A stretch of DNA of 49,211 bases from Octopus bimaculoides. Lineage: Eukaryota. The stretch's first letter is position 1, and each line of letters begins with the position of its first letter. The stretch lies in contig NC_068989.1 of NCBI RefSeq assembly GCF_001194135.2, positions 93,449,786 through 93,498,996 on the forward strand. Direction: 5' to 3'. Below, piece by piece: positions 1-11,300 of the stretch. Made by a program: the position numbers and the translations under genes. The notes under the pieces are model-generated. The model was not told the DNA's origin, searched no databases, and saw only the letters and a list, made by a program, of their open reading frames with translations.

Positions 1-31
<31 letters not shown>

Positions 32-65
32 TTATTTATTTATAATAAGTACGTTACTTGCTTAC

Positions 66-271
66 TAGAACTCATAGGGCTGGTTATCCGTGTTTCGGTC
101 TCTATAAATGTCCGAAGTCACAGCATTTTCCCTGAATGGAACGCCAGCCCGTTCCAGGTTTACTTATTTACGGCTGAGTGAACTGGACTAACGTGAAATG
201 CACTGCCTGTTGCTGGCATCGAAACCACGATTTTGCGATCGTGAGTGCAACAGTCTAACCACTACACCACA
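66..271 (-). mobile_element. SINE-D, degenerate
   Basis: CTCATAGGGCTGG...CGGCTGAGTGAACTGGA..AACGTGAAATG...CGAAACCACGAT...CTAACCACTAC. Confidence 0.75.
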
Positions 272-671
272 TACCTTCACGTAAATACATATCTTTTATA
301 TTTAACAATGCCTATCAAGAAAATTAATTAAAACATCATTTCACCATATTACCCCCACCTCTCTCCCTGTCACCCTCTTTCTCGCTCTTTCTATATCTGT
401 ATATCTATATTACGCTCATGCACGTGCTTAAAGTTGAGCAACCAGGAGTTGTGAAACAGGTTTCAATTAATGTTCGAAACGTTTCATTGGAGTTTCAAGC
501 ACTTCAGTCTTCAAAACCGATTTCCTGACGTAATTAATGACGTGGCGATGAATGAAGCCCTTTCAACTCTATTTCAATCGATGCTCAACACGAGACCGTG
601 AATTACAGAGTGGAGGGGAGCCAGTTAACGAGCCATGAAGTGTTACACGACATTAAAAAAAGCACTACAAC

Positions 672-731
<60 letters not shown>

Positions 732-958
732 CTACAGAGAAAGAGAGAGAGAAAGATTTCATACATACATACATATGGATAGATATAAATATATGCATAT
801 ATGACAGTGAATGTAATTTAACATCCAAGTACGAAAGCTTATAATTTGCAGGAAGAGACCCCGTGAGACCTCTGAAAACAGGCTGTTGTCCGCTTTCACA
901 AAATCAACCAGAGCAAATAAGACCGAGAGCTCTGAGAAGTAAAACAACAACAACAACA

Positions 959-972
959 ATAATAATAATTAA

Positions 973-1022
<50 letters not shown>
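959..1022. repeat. (AAT)n microsatellite
   Basis: Direct reading. Others occur at 46275-46315, 47463-47520, 48110-48200 and 48757-48825. Confidence 0.95.
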
Positions 1023-1024
<2 letters not shown>

Positions 1025-1039
1025 GCATGCACTAGTCTT

Positions 1040-1790
1040 CCCAAAACAGGGAAGTGAAGGAAATCAGTAAAAAACGGGCAACCGGAATGCCCCGGGACCA
1101 GATGGAGTTCATGACTACTGGATCAAAAGATTTGGTGAATGTCATGCACGAATAGCTGCACAACTCAACACCTTATTAAATGCCAACCAAGTAACACCAG
1201 AGTGGTTGACAATGGTTAAGACAGTGCTGCGCTTGAAAAACATCGTTAATGGCAATACGGTAGACAATTACAGGTCGATAACCTGCTTGCCACTTATGTG
1301 GAAATTATTGACTGGAATATTCGCAGAGTCAATGTACGGACATCTTGGAAAAAATGGAGTCCTGCCACATGAGAAAAAGGGTTACAATCATAAGTGCAGA
1401 GGTACCAAGGATCAAATCCTGATAGACAAAACTGTACTTAGAGACTGCAAGAGGAGAAAAATTAACTTAGCCATGTCATGGATCGATTATCGTAAGGCGT
1501 ACGATATGATCCCACATTCTTGGATTGTGGAATGTATGAACCTGTTTAGGATTGCATCGAATGCTGAGCGATTGCTTGGAAAAAGTATGGCGAAGTGGAG
1601 GACGGAACTGACAGCATATGGAAGAAGCTTAGGGACAGTAGAAATCAGGAGAGGCATCTTCCAAGGGGACTGCCTGTCCCCACCGATATTTGTAATATGC
1701 ATGATACCACTAATACGGATTCTGAGAATAGTAAAGGCTGGGTATGTATTCATGAGCCGCTAAACAAAGAGAGCAAACACCCCTTCCATT
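1040..1790 (+). pseudogene. Non-LTR retrotransposon reverse transcriptase fragment, R4/Dong-like (RLE) clade; truncated at both ends
   Basis: Open frame 1071-1763 reads NAPGPDGVHDYWIKRF...DNYRSITCLPLMWKLLTG...KCRGTKDQILIDK...NLAMSWIDYRKAYDMIPHSWI...IRRGIFQGDCLSP (RT domains 0 to B). There is a frameshift in the A-run at ~1069 and the sequence decays before the YxDD motif. Clade assigned from recalled R4/Dong/Rex6 motifs. Confidence 0.9.
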
Positions 1791-1878
1791 TCTCTGTGTA
1801 CGAAGAGATCTGAATAATGATCGCTATTCAAATCAAATATAAATCTGAATCTTACTGGTGATCAAGAAAAGGGAAGTG

Positions 1879-1946
<68 letters not shown>

Positions 1947-2334
1947 ATGTTTATGATTTCTAGTAAACACGCCACAATTTTTGTTAGTTACTTTTTATGG
2001 GGGTGAAGAAAACAGAGTGAGGGATAGAGGTTTAATCGGTTTCAGTAATTTAATTTTTGCCTAACCTGAAATTTAAGCAGAGGAGGTTGACCTCAAGGTC
2101 ATGTTTGATTTATTAATTAAGTAAAATTAAAAACCTAATGTCATTTAATCCGTCGTATATATTCAGTCTTCAAACGACAATGATTTCCGTTGAAGACACG
2201 GCAATCTTCTTTGTACAGCCGCCACTCGCGAGCAAGTATGGCTTCGTTGCATCCGAAATGCTTTCATTTTGCCAATATGTTCTAGGTGTCTGTGTAGACC
2301 CAATCATGGCGGTGACTTGGTAGAATCTTTAACA

Positions 2335-2512
2335 TGGCGGTTGAAATGGTTTGCAGCATTTCTTCCGGTTCTTTACGTTCTGAGTTTTGGCCTCCACCGA
2401 AGACAATATTGCCTTTCGTCCCTTCGAAATCTATGAAATAAAGTAGCAATGGATTAGCGAGGTCGATGTAATCGACTTCCCCCTCTTCTCAAAATTGCTG
2501 GACTTGAACCCG
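2335..2512 (+). mobile_element. SINE-A, degenerate
   Basis: TTACGTTCTGAGTT...GCCTTTCGTCCCTTCG...GGTCGATGTAATCGACT. Confidence 0.65.
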
Positions 2513-3004
2513 GCAATGGACAGGTATCGCGTTCAAGGATAGGTGATCTGACTCACATATACGCCATGGAAACCATGTAACCGGTGTTATGAGTGACACG
2601 GTTCGTGAAAACAATATATATATATATATGTAGCCACAAGCAGGCAAATACACACGTTCTCGACTCATCTTTGACCAAGCGGAATATCCAGAAAGTGACA
2701 AGGGAGTACGAAGAGAAGGGGGCTAATCCCGTACACGGCTGATACACATTGCAAGCGTTTCAGAATGAAGTGACGTGTAGTGAAGAGCTCTCCTTCAGGG
2801 CCTAGCGCACCGCCCGGTCCAGGGACTGAACCCGCAAGCTTATAATCAGGACTCGAGCATTCTAACAATGACGTCACGCTTGATTCGATAGAAAATATGC
2901 AACCAGTAAGAGTTACAAATGATATGGTGACTGAATATGTTAAATGAAAAATGAAGCAGAGATGGAAAGACGTAATACAACAGGAAGAACGAGTTTAAAA
3001 TTAC

Positions 3005-3008
<4 letters not shown>

Positions 3009-3074
<66 letters not shown>

Positions 3075-3401
3075 CATATACATACATATATATATACACA
3101 CACATATATATACATATATATATATATATGTATATATATGTGTATATTTATATGTATATACATGTGTATGTATCGCCATCCGTTTAGAGAAAAATTTGTA
3201 GTTTAGAATCAGTAGTTCTTTGACTGCTATTTCTAAATTTTCAGTATGTTGGAGAAGCAACTCAATGCTAATCCCTGTATATTTATGATGATAAATGGTT
3301 TTACCGATAAAGGTTTTTTCATACTGAACTACTTGGCAAAATTGTTAATTGTTAATTCTATTATTAATTGACGATTCCCTGCCCTTATTCTTGTATATGT
3401 A

Positions 3402-3439
<38 letters not shown>

Positions 3440-3563
3440 CATACATGCATATACATTTATACATACATATATATACATACATACATACATGCATACATAC
3501 ATACATACATACATGCATACATACATATATACATACATACATACATATATACATACATACATA
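3009..3563. repeat. (TA)n/(CA)n/(TACA)n compound microsatellites (3009-3170 and 3395-3563)
   Basis: Direct reading. Dozens of similar tracts occur across the window. Confidence 0.95.
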
Positions 3564-3579
3564 TTAATCTATACCCTTC

Positions 3580-3709
3580 ACATTTTCCTTATTTTCTATA
3601 TTTGTCTCCAATGACGGAATATTCCATTCTTTGTGATATCTGTAAGACTTTGGATTTTTTTCCAATTGTAATAATGAATATGAATTGAGATGTTTGTTTT
3701 GCTTTAACG
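3580..3709 (+). mobile_element. Dispersed copy of the 21.6-kb HHR family with GAAA/stem III deleted
   Basis: TTTGTCTCCAATGACGGAATATTCCAT...GATAT[deletion]CTGTAAGACTTTGGATTT...TTGAGATGTTTG aligns to the minus strand of 21660-21770. Confidence 0.75.
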
Positions 3710-4893
3710 TACAGTGCAAGAGTTTGCTTTGAGATATACTTAGAATGTGATTTCTGCGATGTGGTGCATAAACTGTCAAGCAAAGGAGAGGCACCTATGC
3801 CTCCACTGATTCAGTTGCAAAGTGCTCTTTTGAGTAAAGTTATTTGGCTGCAGACCTCCTTTGAATCTTTTTATTATCACTGGGTAAGAGATAGTTCTCA
3901 GATGGCAACATTGATTTCAAGGCCTTTCCAGATAAGTGATTGGTCATTCAAAGAGATTTATAGATTGCAAATTCATTCTGTTCTGTTACCTATCGGCATA
4001 GTGATCATTGGCGATCTCCAGAGGTGACACTTCAATTTCGCCTTAGCCCTCACGCCACAAAGTTGTTAATATTTATTTGAGTTGGGTCATGCCTTTCCAA
4101 TTGCTAAAAGTCCGTAATACCTCTTACGGCTGTGCCGATCACCTGTATTGGGGAGTGGTAACGACTAGGGTAGGGTAGCTGACTGCTTATTGTGATCATT
4201 CATCTTTTGGATTCCTGTAGCTTTGCTCTCTTTTACAAACCCAGTGAACATTCATATATTTCCAATTTCAAAGAATTTTGAACAATAGATAGCAGCGGGT
4301 ATAAAAAGGGGAATTTGACAAGACAGTCAGTCGGACGCTGACACTCGTTGATGCCGCATCGAAGGGGCCAGGGAATAGAAGAAAGAAGACATGCACCCAA
4401 CACCAGAGCTGAAGACACCTCCGAAAGGGGGGGGGGCACCACGTCAAAACGGTAGAGGAGTAGAGGACGAAACCGGACGTGGTTCCTCCTGATGATGTCT
4501 TGAGCTAACTGGATCCTATAAAGGAGCTGTTGTGGTAGCAGACCACGAAACATGGTTGAAATTCCACGGGTTAAAGAATATTCCTAACAATTCAGCTTCC
4601 CTGGTTGAATATAAGACCCCGTAATGCGGGCCATAACTCCCACATTTATAGTTCCATGTGCTCTCTTTTCCACGTGAAAAAACCTTTGAATAGGTTTTAG
4701 TATGAGATAAATGTGTCATGACTAGAATTTTTGTTAGGGTGTGTAAAGAGGAAAAGAACCCCCTTAAAATTCTTAATCTCCAATTTTGATGAAATCCGAA
4801 TCAAAGGTATTCCATTTCATTAGAGAAGATATAAAAGAAAAGTCTAATTCTTCAATTCCATTTGACACTGGCAACGCCGGGTATCTCTGCTAG
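3710..4893 (+). mobile_element. Second copy of the same Helitron family; 5' end missing, extra internal segment
   Basis: 3710-4150 aligns to the reverse complement of 32430-32848. The copy ends GGCAACGCCGGGTATCTCTGCTAG|T at 4893. Confidence 0.75.
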
Positions 4894-4897
4894 TGTG

Positions 4898-4938
<41 letters not shown>

Positions 4939-5485
4939 CAGATAATAAATGAGTATATGCATATATACGTACACGTATGTACATACTTACATCTACCTGT
5001 ATATATAGATGCATATCTGGGTACAGGACATTGTAAACAAAGCGTAGACAAAATCATAAACGAGTACAAAAAACACACAGGCCACATAGAGAACATCTTC
5101 ATCAGCTACCCCCATTCCAATACAGGCGTTTCGAAGACTAGGGCAGGATGCATCGTTAAAATGGCTCTTCCCACGGACCACAAATTAAATTTAAATTAAA
5201 TATAGTTCAAATTAAATGTGTAACGTGGAGGAATGTAGTGGCGGACAAAACGAAACAGGAAAACGAAACAGAGAGAACAAACAAGAAGGCTATACGGCCA
5301 GACGTGAAAGAAATATATGTGCTGGACGCTGTAAAGCAACGAACTGGAAACGAGACGAAGAATTGTTCGTGCTAGCTTCGCGAAAGCGAAGATATGAAAG
5401 AAAGATAAGTAGGCAGACACGTGACCAGGGAAGGGTATCTATCTATATATGTATTTATATATATATATATTTATTTGTGTATATG

Positions 5486-5518
<33 letters not shown>

Positions 5519-6151
5519 CTTTTATAAGTAATATTCCAAAAGAAATATTCTAAAAGAATATATATANNNNNNNNNNNNNNNNNNNNNNNNNNNNNNNNNN
5601 NNNNNNNNNNNNNNNNNNNNNNNNNNNNNNNNNNNNNNNNNNNNNNNNNNNNNNNNNNNNNNNNNNNNNNNNNNNNNNNNNNNNNNNNNNNNNNNNNNNN
5701 NNNNNNNNNNNNNNNNNNNNNNNNNNNNNNNNNNNNNNNNNNNNNNNNNNNNNNNNNNNNNNNNNNNNNNNNNNNNNNNNNNNNNNNNNNNNNNNNNNNN
5801 NNNNNNNNNNNNNNNNNNNNNNNNNNNNNNNNNNNNNNNNNNNNNNNNNNNNNNNNNNNNNNNNNNNNNNNNNNNNNNNNNNNNNNNNNNNNNNNNNNNN
5901 NNNNNNNNNNNNNNNNNNNNNNNNNNNNNNNNNNNNNNNNNNNNNNNNNNNNNNNNNNNNNNNNNNNNNNNNATATATAAAACGTGAAGTATATTTGCCA
6001 CTTAAATACGGCCAAACCCTAAGGTTGAGTGTTACTGTTGCTTTTAGCCCCAGGAGAACATCTCCTCCAGCTGGCTATTGTCACACTTTCTGTGCCCTGT
6101 CGGTATTTGGAAAGGGAAGTCATCCATCTCATCTTGATCTTATGTGATACG

Positions 6152-6192
6152 CACGGACTCGAGTTTCTGGATATTTACTCTTCGTCAGCGTA
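6152..6192 (-). ncRNA. Minimal type I hammerhead ribozyme motif with weakened stem II
   Basis: UACG-CUGACGA-A-GAGU aaau AUCC-A-GAAA-CUCGAG-UC-CGUG. Stem III is the palindrome ACUCGAGU and the triplet is GUC. Confidence 0.7.
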
Positions 6193-6450
6193 TGACAATC
6201 ACCGATCTTCGATGCGAAGGGGTCCCAATGCAAATACATATATACTTTTTCAAGTGACGAAAATTCACTGATCTCGAAAAAGTGTAAACAAGCAATGTTA
6301 AATCTCTGAACGAGATATAAACAGTAACTGCACGACAACGTGGAGTATATTTGCCACTTAACTGCGGCTAAACCCTAAGGGTGAATGTTACTGGAAAAAG
6401 TATATATGTATTTGCATTGGTATCTCTTTGCACCGAAGATCGGTGATTGT

Positions 6451-6495
6451 CGTTCGCTGACGAAGGGTAAATACCCAGAAACTCGAGTCTGTGCG
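6451..6495 (+). ncRNA. Minimal type I hammerhead ribozyme motif
   Basis: CGUUCG-CUGACGA-A-GGGUA aa UACCC-A-GAAA-CUCGAG-UC-UGUGCG. The core is intact, stem II is perfect and stem I has 5/6 pairs. Confidence 0.75.
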
Positions 6496-7690
6496 TATCG
6501 CAGATCGAGATGGGAAGGATGACTTCCCTTTGCAATTATAGACAGGACACAGATGTGTGTCAATAGCCAGCTGGAGGAGATGTTCTCCTGGGGCTAAAAG
6601 CAACAGTAACATTCACCCTTAGTGTTTAGCCGCAATTAAGTGGCAAATATACTTCACATTGTCGTGCAGTTACTGTTTATTTTATACCTCGTTCAGAGAT
6701 TTATCATTGCTTNNNNNNNNNNNNNNNNNNNNNNNNNNNNNNNNNNNNNNNNNNNNNNNNNNNNNNNNNNNNNNNNNNNNNNNNNNNNNNNNNNNNNNNN
6801 NNNNNNNNNNNNNNNNNNNNNNNNNNNNNNNNNNNNNNNNNNNNNNNNNNNNNNNNNNNNNNNNNNNNNNNNNNNNNNNNNNNNNNNNNNNNNNNNNNNN
6901 NNNNNNNNNNNNNNNNNNNNNNNNNNNNNNNNNNNNNNNNNNNNNNNNNNNNNNNNNNNNNNNNNNNNNNNNNNNNNNNNNNNNNNNNNNNNNNNNNNNN
7001 NNNNNNNNNNNNNNNNNNNNNNNNNNNNNNNNNNNNNNNNNNNNNNNNNNNNNNNNNNNNNNNNNNNNNNNNNNNNNNNNNNNNNNNNNNNNNNNNNNNN
7101 NNNNNNNNNNNNNNNNNNNNNNNNNNNNNNNNNNNNNNNNNNNNNNNNNNNNNNNNNNNNNNNNNNNNNNNNNNNNNNNNNNNNNNNNNNNNNNNNNNNN
7201 NNNNNNNNNNNNNNNNNNNNNNNNNNNNNNNNNNNNNNNNNNNNNNNNNNNNNNNNNNNNNNNNNNNNNNNNNNNNNNNNNNNNNNNNNNNNNNNNNNNN
7301 NNNNNNNNNNNNNNNNNNNNNNNNNNNNNNNNNNNNNNNNNNNNNNNNNNNNNNNNNNNNNNNNNNNNNNNNNNNNNNNNNNNNNNNNNNNNNNNNNNNN
7401 NNNNNNNNNNNNNNNNNNNNNNNNNNNNNNNNNNNNNNNNNNNNNNNNNNNNNNNNNNNNNNNNNNNNNNNNNNNNNNNNNNNNNNNNNNNNNNNNNNNN
7501 NNNNNNNNNNNNNNNNNNNNNNNNNNNNNNNNNNNNNNNNNNNNNNNNNNNNNNNNNNNNNNNNNNNNNNNNNNNNNNNNNNNNNATATATTCATAACGG
7601 CCTAAACCTCAACCAGTCTAGCAAGACGTTGAAAAACACTATGTATATATATCTATATATATGTGTGTGTGTGTGTGTCTAATAATATAC

Positions 7691-7842
7691 GATGGCTTTC
7701 AGACAGTTTCCATCTGACAAATTAAATTCACGCATAAGGCATTAGATGGCTTGGTCTATATTAGAAGACACTTGCTCAAGGTGCCGCGCAGTGGAACTGA
7801 ACCCAAAGCCATGTAGTTGCAAAGCAAGCTTCTTAACCACTC
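7691..7842 (-). mobile_element. SINE-B 5' half
   Basis: AGAAGACACTTGCTCAAGGTGCCGCGCAGTGGAACTGAACCC. Confidence 0.85.
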
Positions 7843-7924
7843 TATCTGAGAACTGACTTAGCGTAGACAACAACAGCATCAACACTACCTCACGCAATAC
7901 GCTATATTCATTGCATTACTTGAC

Positions 7925-8440
7925 AAAGCGTGAGACTCTATCAAGTCACTCGTCCGATCAGAAATAGTAGTTAAATTTCTCTCACATTACATCATATATG
8001 CATCCTCTTTAGAAATGGAAGGACATACATTAGACAATATAGACACATCCGCTATACTTCAAAAGTAAATGACGGGATGGTCACAACTGGAGTGGGTTAA
8101 TCATAATCTACTGGATAATAGTTAGTTCTGGGGCTACTCAACAACAGCAACGGCAACATCATTGGCTGCTATTTCTAGCAGTTGAAGCGATCACGTTGCT
8201 CTCCTGTTGCCAAGTGATTACCGAGACGTTGTTGCAGGCGTTGTTGTTGTTTAACTTTCTGTTCTGATCAGGCAAGACCTACTATCCAAACGTTCTAGCC
8301 GTGACCATCTCATCTTTTCTCTATACGAAAGAAACCAAGGACCACAATATCCAGCCTTCCCTTTTCTAAAATAGTGGGTGTGATTTGAAGAAGATTTGGT
8401 TGCTGTTTCTAGCATATCGGAGACACCATGGAGAAGTTCT
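7925..8440. mobile_element. Two oppositely oriented copies of repeat family F (7925-8152 and 8245-8440)
   Basis: Both contain GTGACCATC(C/T)C(G/A)TC and G(G/A)TTTG/AGCTGCTATTTCT-like blocks and have (CAA/TTG)n ends. Confidence 0.65.
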
Positions 8441-8460
8441 TTTGCTGGCTTCTTCGCTTA

Positions 8461-8517
8461 TAGTGGTGGTGGTGGCGGTGGTGGTGGTGGTGGTGGTGGT
8501 GGTGGTGGTGGTGGCGG
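8461..8517. repeat. (GGT)n microsatellite
   Basis: Direct reading. Confidence 0.95.
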
Positions 8518-8890
8518 TGGGAAGTGGATGTGTGGTTTCCGTGGGGTGGTGTGTAGGTGGTTGCGGTCGGGTAGCGGCGGGTAAAGACACAATGCGTGGA
8601 TAATGGGAGCGTTTGGCGGGAGAACGTTGCTATTTATAAGACAGGTGTTTTCATATTAGCAGAGAATAGAGAGAGAGAGAAAAAAAAGGAGAAAAGAAAA
8701 GGAGGTAGAAAGGAAGAAAGGAAGAAAAGAAGGAAGATAGGAAGGAAGGAAGAAAGGAAGGAAAGATGCATAAGAAAGAAAGACAAAACAGACAGAAAGA
8801 AAAAAGGAAAGACAAAACAAGAAAAAAAAATTAATATAACACCCTAAGTTTCAAGCATAAAACTGTGAAATATACACGCATCTGCTTTTA

Positions 8891-8927
<37 letters not shown>

Positions 8928-9344
8928 ATATGTATGTATATTTATATGTGCGTATGTAATAATGCGTATGCCTAAGTCAGTGTGTATATGAGTGTATATG
9001 TATGTGTATATATATATATGTGTGTGTGTATTAGCACACAAATATATACATACATACACGCTACACACACATACACACACACATATGTATATATGTATGC
9101 AAAAATATCTATGTTTGAATGTATGTATGTATGTATGTATGTATGTATGTATGTAGCATATATACACGCATACATATGTATTTAATGAAAGACGAGAAAA
9201 ATGTGGAACTCTATTCAGTGTGACTGCAAAAAAAAGAAGAAAAAAAACAGACACGATGGTCATCGATGGAATGCATTTAATTATAATACCACCACCACCA
9301 CCACCACCATCTAAACAAAGACATTAACGTTACAACCATCAATA

Positions 9345-9545
9345 AAGGTAGTGCGTTGGCAGAATTGTTACAGCACCAGAAAATTCGCGTAGTACTGTTT
9401 CTGCCGACAATACGTTCAGTGTTCAAATGCTGGCAGGGATCGACTTTGCATTTTATTCTTTCGGATTTGAGAAAATACCTACGAGGGGAACTGTGGGCTC
9501 GATGAAATCATTTCCCCGCTATTGCTGGCCTTGTGCAAGCATTTT
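9345..9545 (+). mobile_element. SINE-A, degenerate
   Basis: TGGCAGAATTGTTA...GTTCAAAT...TCGACTTTGC...GGCCTTGTGC. Confidence 0.65.
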
Positions 9546-9607
9546 AAACCAACGTAAAAACTAGCAATAGACAGCAAACAAACAAACAACATTAAACCTG
9601 TAATTAT

Positions 9608-9773
9608 CCTTTCTACAATAGGCACAAGGCCTGAAATTTGGGGGAGGGGGATAGTCGATTACATCGACTCCAGTACTCAACTGGTACTTAATTTATCGAC
9701 CCCGAAAGGATGAAAGGTAAAGACGACCTCGACGGAATTAGAACTCAGAACGTAGCGACGAGAGAAATACCTA
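9608..9773 (-). mobile_element. SINE-A, 5'-truncated, with a perfect 17-bp TSD
   Basis: ATTAAACCTGTAATTAT occurs at 9591-9607 and 9774-9790. Confidence 0.9.
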
Positions 9774-11104
9774 ATTAAACCTGTAATTATAACGAGCAAA
9801 TTTGTACGAGATGAATCTTTTATCTTTTATTGTTTCAGTCATTAGACTACGGCCATGCTGGGGCAACATGTTAAAGGGATTAGTCGATCAGTTTGGCACC
9901 AATGTAATGACTAACAAATCTTATTCTGCGTTGAGCAACAATAGTAGAAATCTTCTCCTTGATCTTGTGCCCGCACCATGCGGTGTCTTAGACCCTCACG
10001 AAAAGCCTGGTCTATGTACCATACGATCTTGAAGGTCCTTTTTCATAACCAAACTTTCGGTTCCTTAGGCTCCCAGTAAATAATTGCTATCTACACACGG
10101 CACACAAATGGGTTCAGTTGTGATTGTGCAGATCGCAATTTCACTTTTCAACTTCGCAGATAGAATTTAAATTCAATGCTACTTTGAGTTAAATTGAGTG
10201 TCTTCAATCTCTGCTTCGGTTGACCAAAACTTTGTGAGTAAACACTGACAGAAAACCCGTTAGAGGACTTGTCCTTGTGTCGTAGACTTAATCATGGGCT
10301 ACATTTAGGAAGTATTCTACTATGGTTTCTTGTCCAAGGATAACTTGCCTTTTTCTTCTTTTTTTTTCTACCGGTTTTGGAAATCATTGGAAGGGTCAAA
10401 GGTATTGCATTTCTTCAGTCAACACTATTGAATAGAGTAGCGTTGTCGAACCATTTGTGCCGAGATACACTGGACGGGAAACGATGGGATTTAAATCAAG
10501 CCGGTTTGACACAATCCACAGCAGAAATAAATGACTTATTAAAAATGGCATTTCAGATATGGTACAGCATTAATTAAGATTTTGTGGGTAGAGAACATTC
10601 CATTTGTTAATATCTTTCCGGAGCATTTGATTTGTATTTGTAACGACGGCTAAGAAAACTTGTACTGCTTGCATATAGTATACCTAATAGTACATTTTCT
10701 GAGGAGCATAATCTCTAGGCGGCAACGAAAGGGGCAAATTGTTTATATACTCACATATTCACACTCAAATACAATCGCATGAATGTATCTGGCCTCAGTT
10801 TCGACGAATGACAATTCGAGTCATTCAGTTAAGGAAACGAAGTATTTACATCTCGAATGATAGTGTAAATGGTTGAGTATTTCAATGACATGTGTACTTT
10901 TACTTTGATATAATCCACAATGAAATTCTCAATTAAATATATAATCCTCAATTAAAGTAATACAGTGTGTGATGGGATTGATCCTTTGATTCCATTGGCG
11001 TAGCTGGTGGCGAGCCGAAATGCGGACCGTATAGGGAAGCCGTTTTAGATACACGTGTTTCCTGTAGTCGAAGGCATGTATGACGTTTAAGGAATTAGGT
11101 AATG

Positions 11105-11300
11105 CGCACAAAAAGACGACGACACGAGAGAGAAACAACGAAGTTTTAATAAATATATTAGTTTGACGTTTAAAAAGGAGAGAAAGAGTCTTGACGTTTT
11201 GGGTGTTTGTCCTTCATCGGATAAAATAACAGAATGTAAAAAAAGTGGTAAGAAAAATAAAACGAATGAGAAAATGAATTTAAGGAAAGATGTAGACAAT
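11105..11300 (-). mobile_element. Older copy related to the 20.2-kb family, with a degenerate HHR at 11189-11227
   Basis: Shares GACGA.GACA...TATTAGTTTGACG...AAAG(A)GTCTT..ACGTTT. The core reads CCGAUGA...AAAA-CGUC. Confidence 0.5.

Larger units (their letters stand above)
5973..6712. mobile_element. Penelope-like pLTR / retrozyme-like element with tandem plus inverted arrangement and two HHR motifs
   Basis: 5981-6037 is repeated at 6337-6393. 6034-6255 is the reverse complement of 6390-6606. 6290-6393 is the reverse complement of 6604-6712. HHR motifs occur on both strands. Confidence 0.8.

Noticed and set aside
472-520. Minus-strand UUGAAGA...GAAACGUU hammerhead-like relic
   Set aside because: Stem I is absent and stem II pairs at only 4/6; too decayed to call.
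2570-2582. Partial X-box GCCATGGAAAC
   Set aside because: It lies in the SINE-D tail and recurs in the 45.6-kb copy, so it is repeat-derived.
10790-10840. Minus-strand CUGAAUGAC...UCGAAAC hammerhead-like string
   Set aside because: Core spacing is wrong, and there is no palindromic stem III or NUH.
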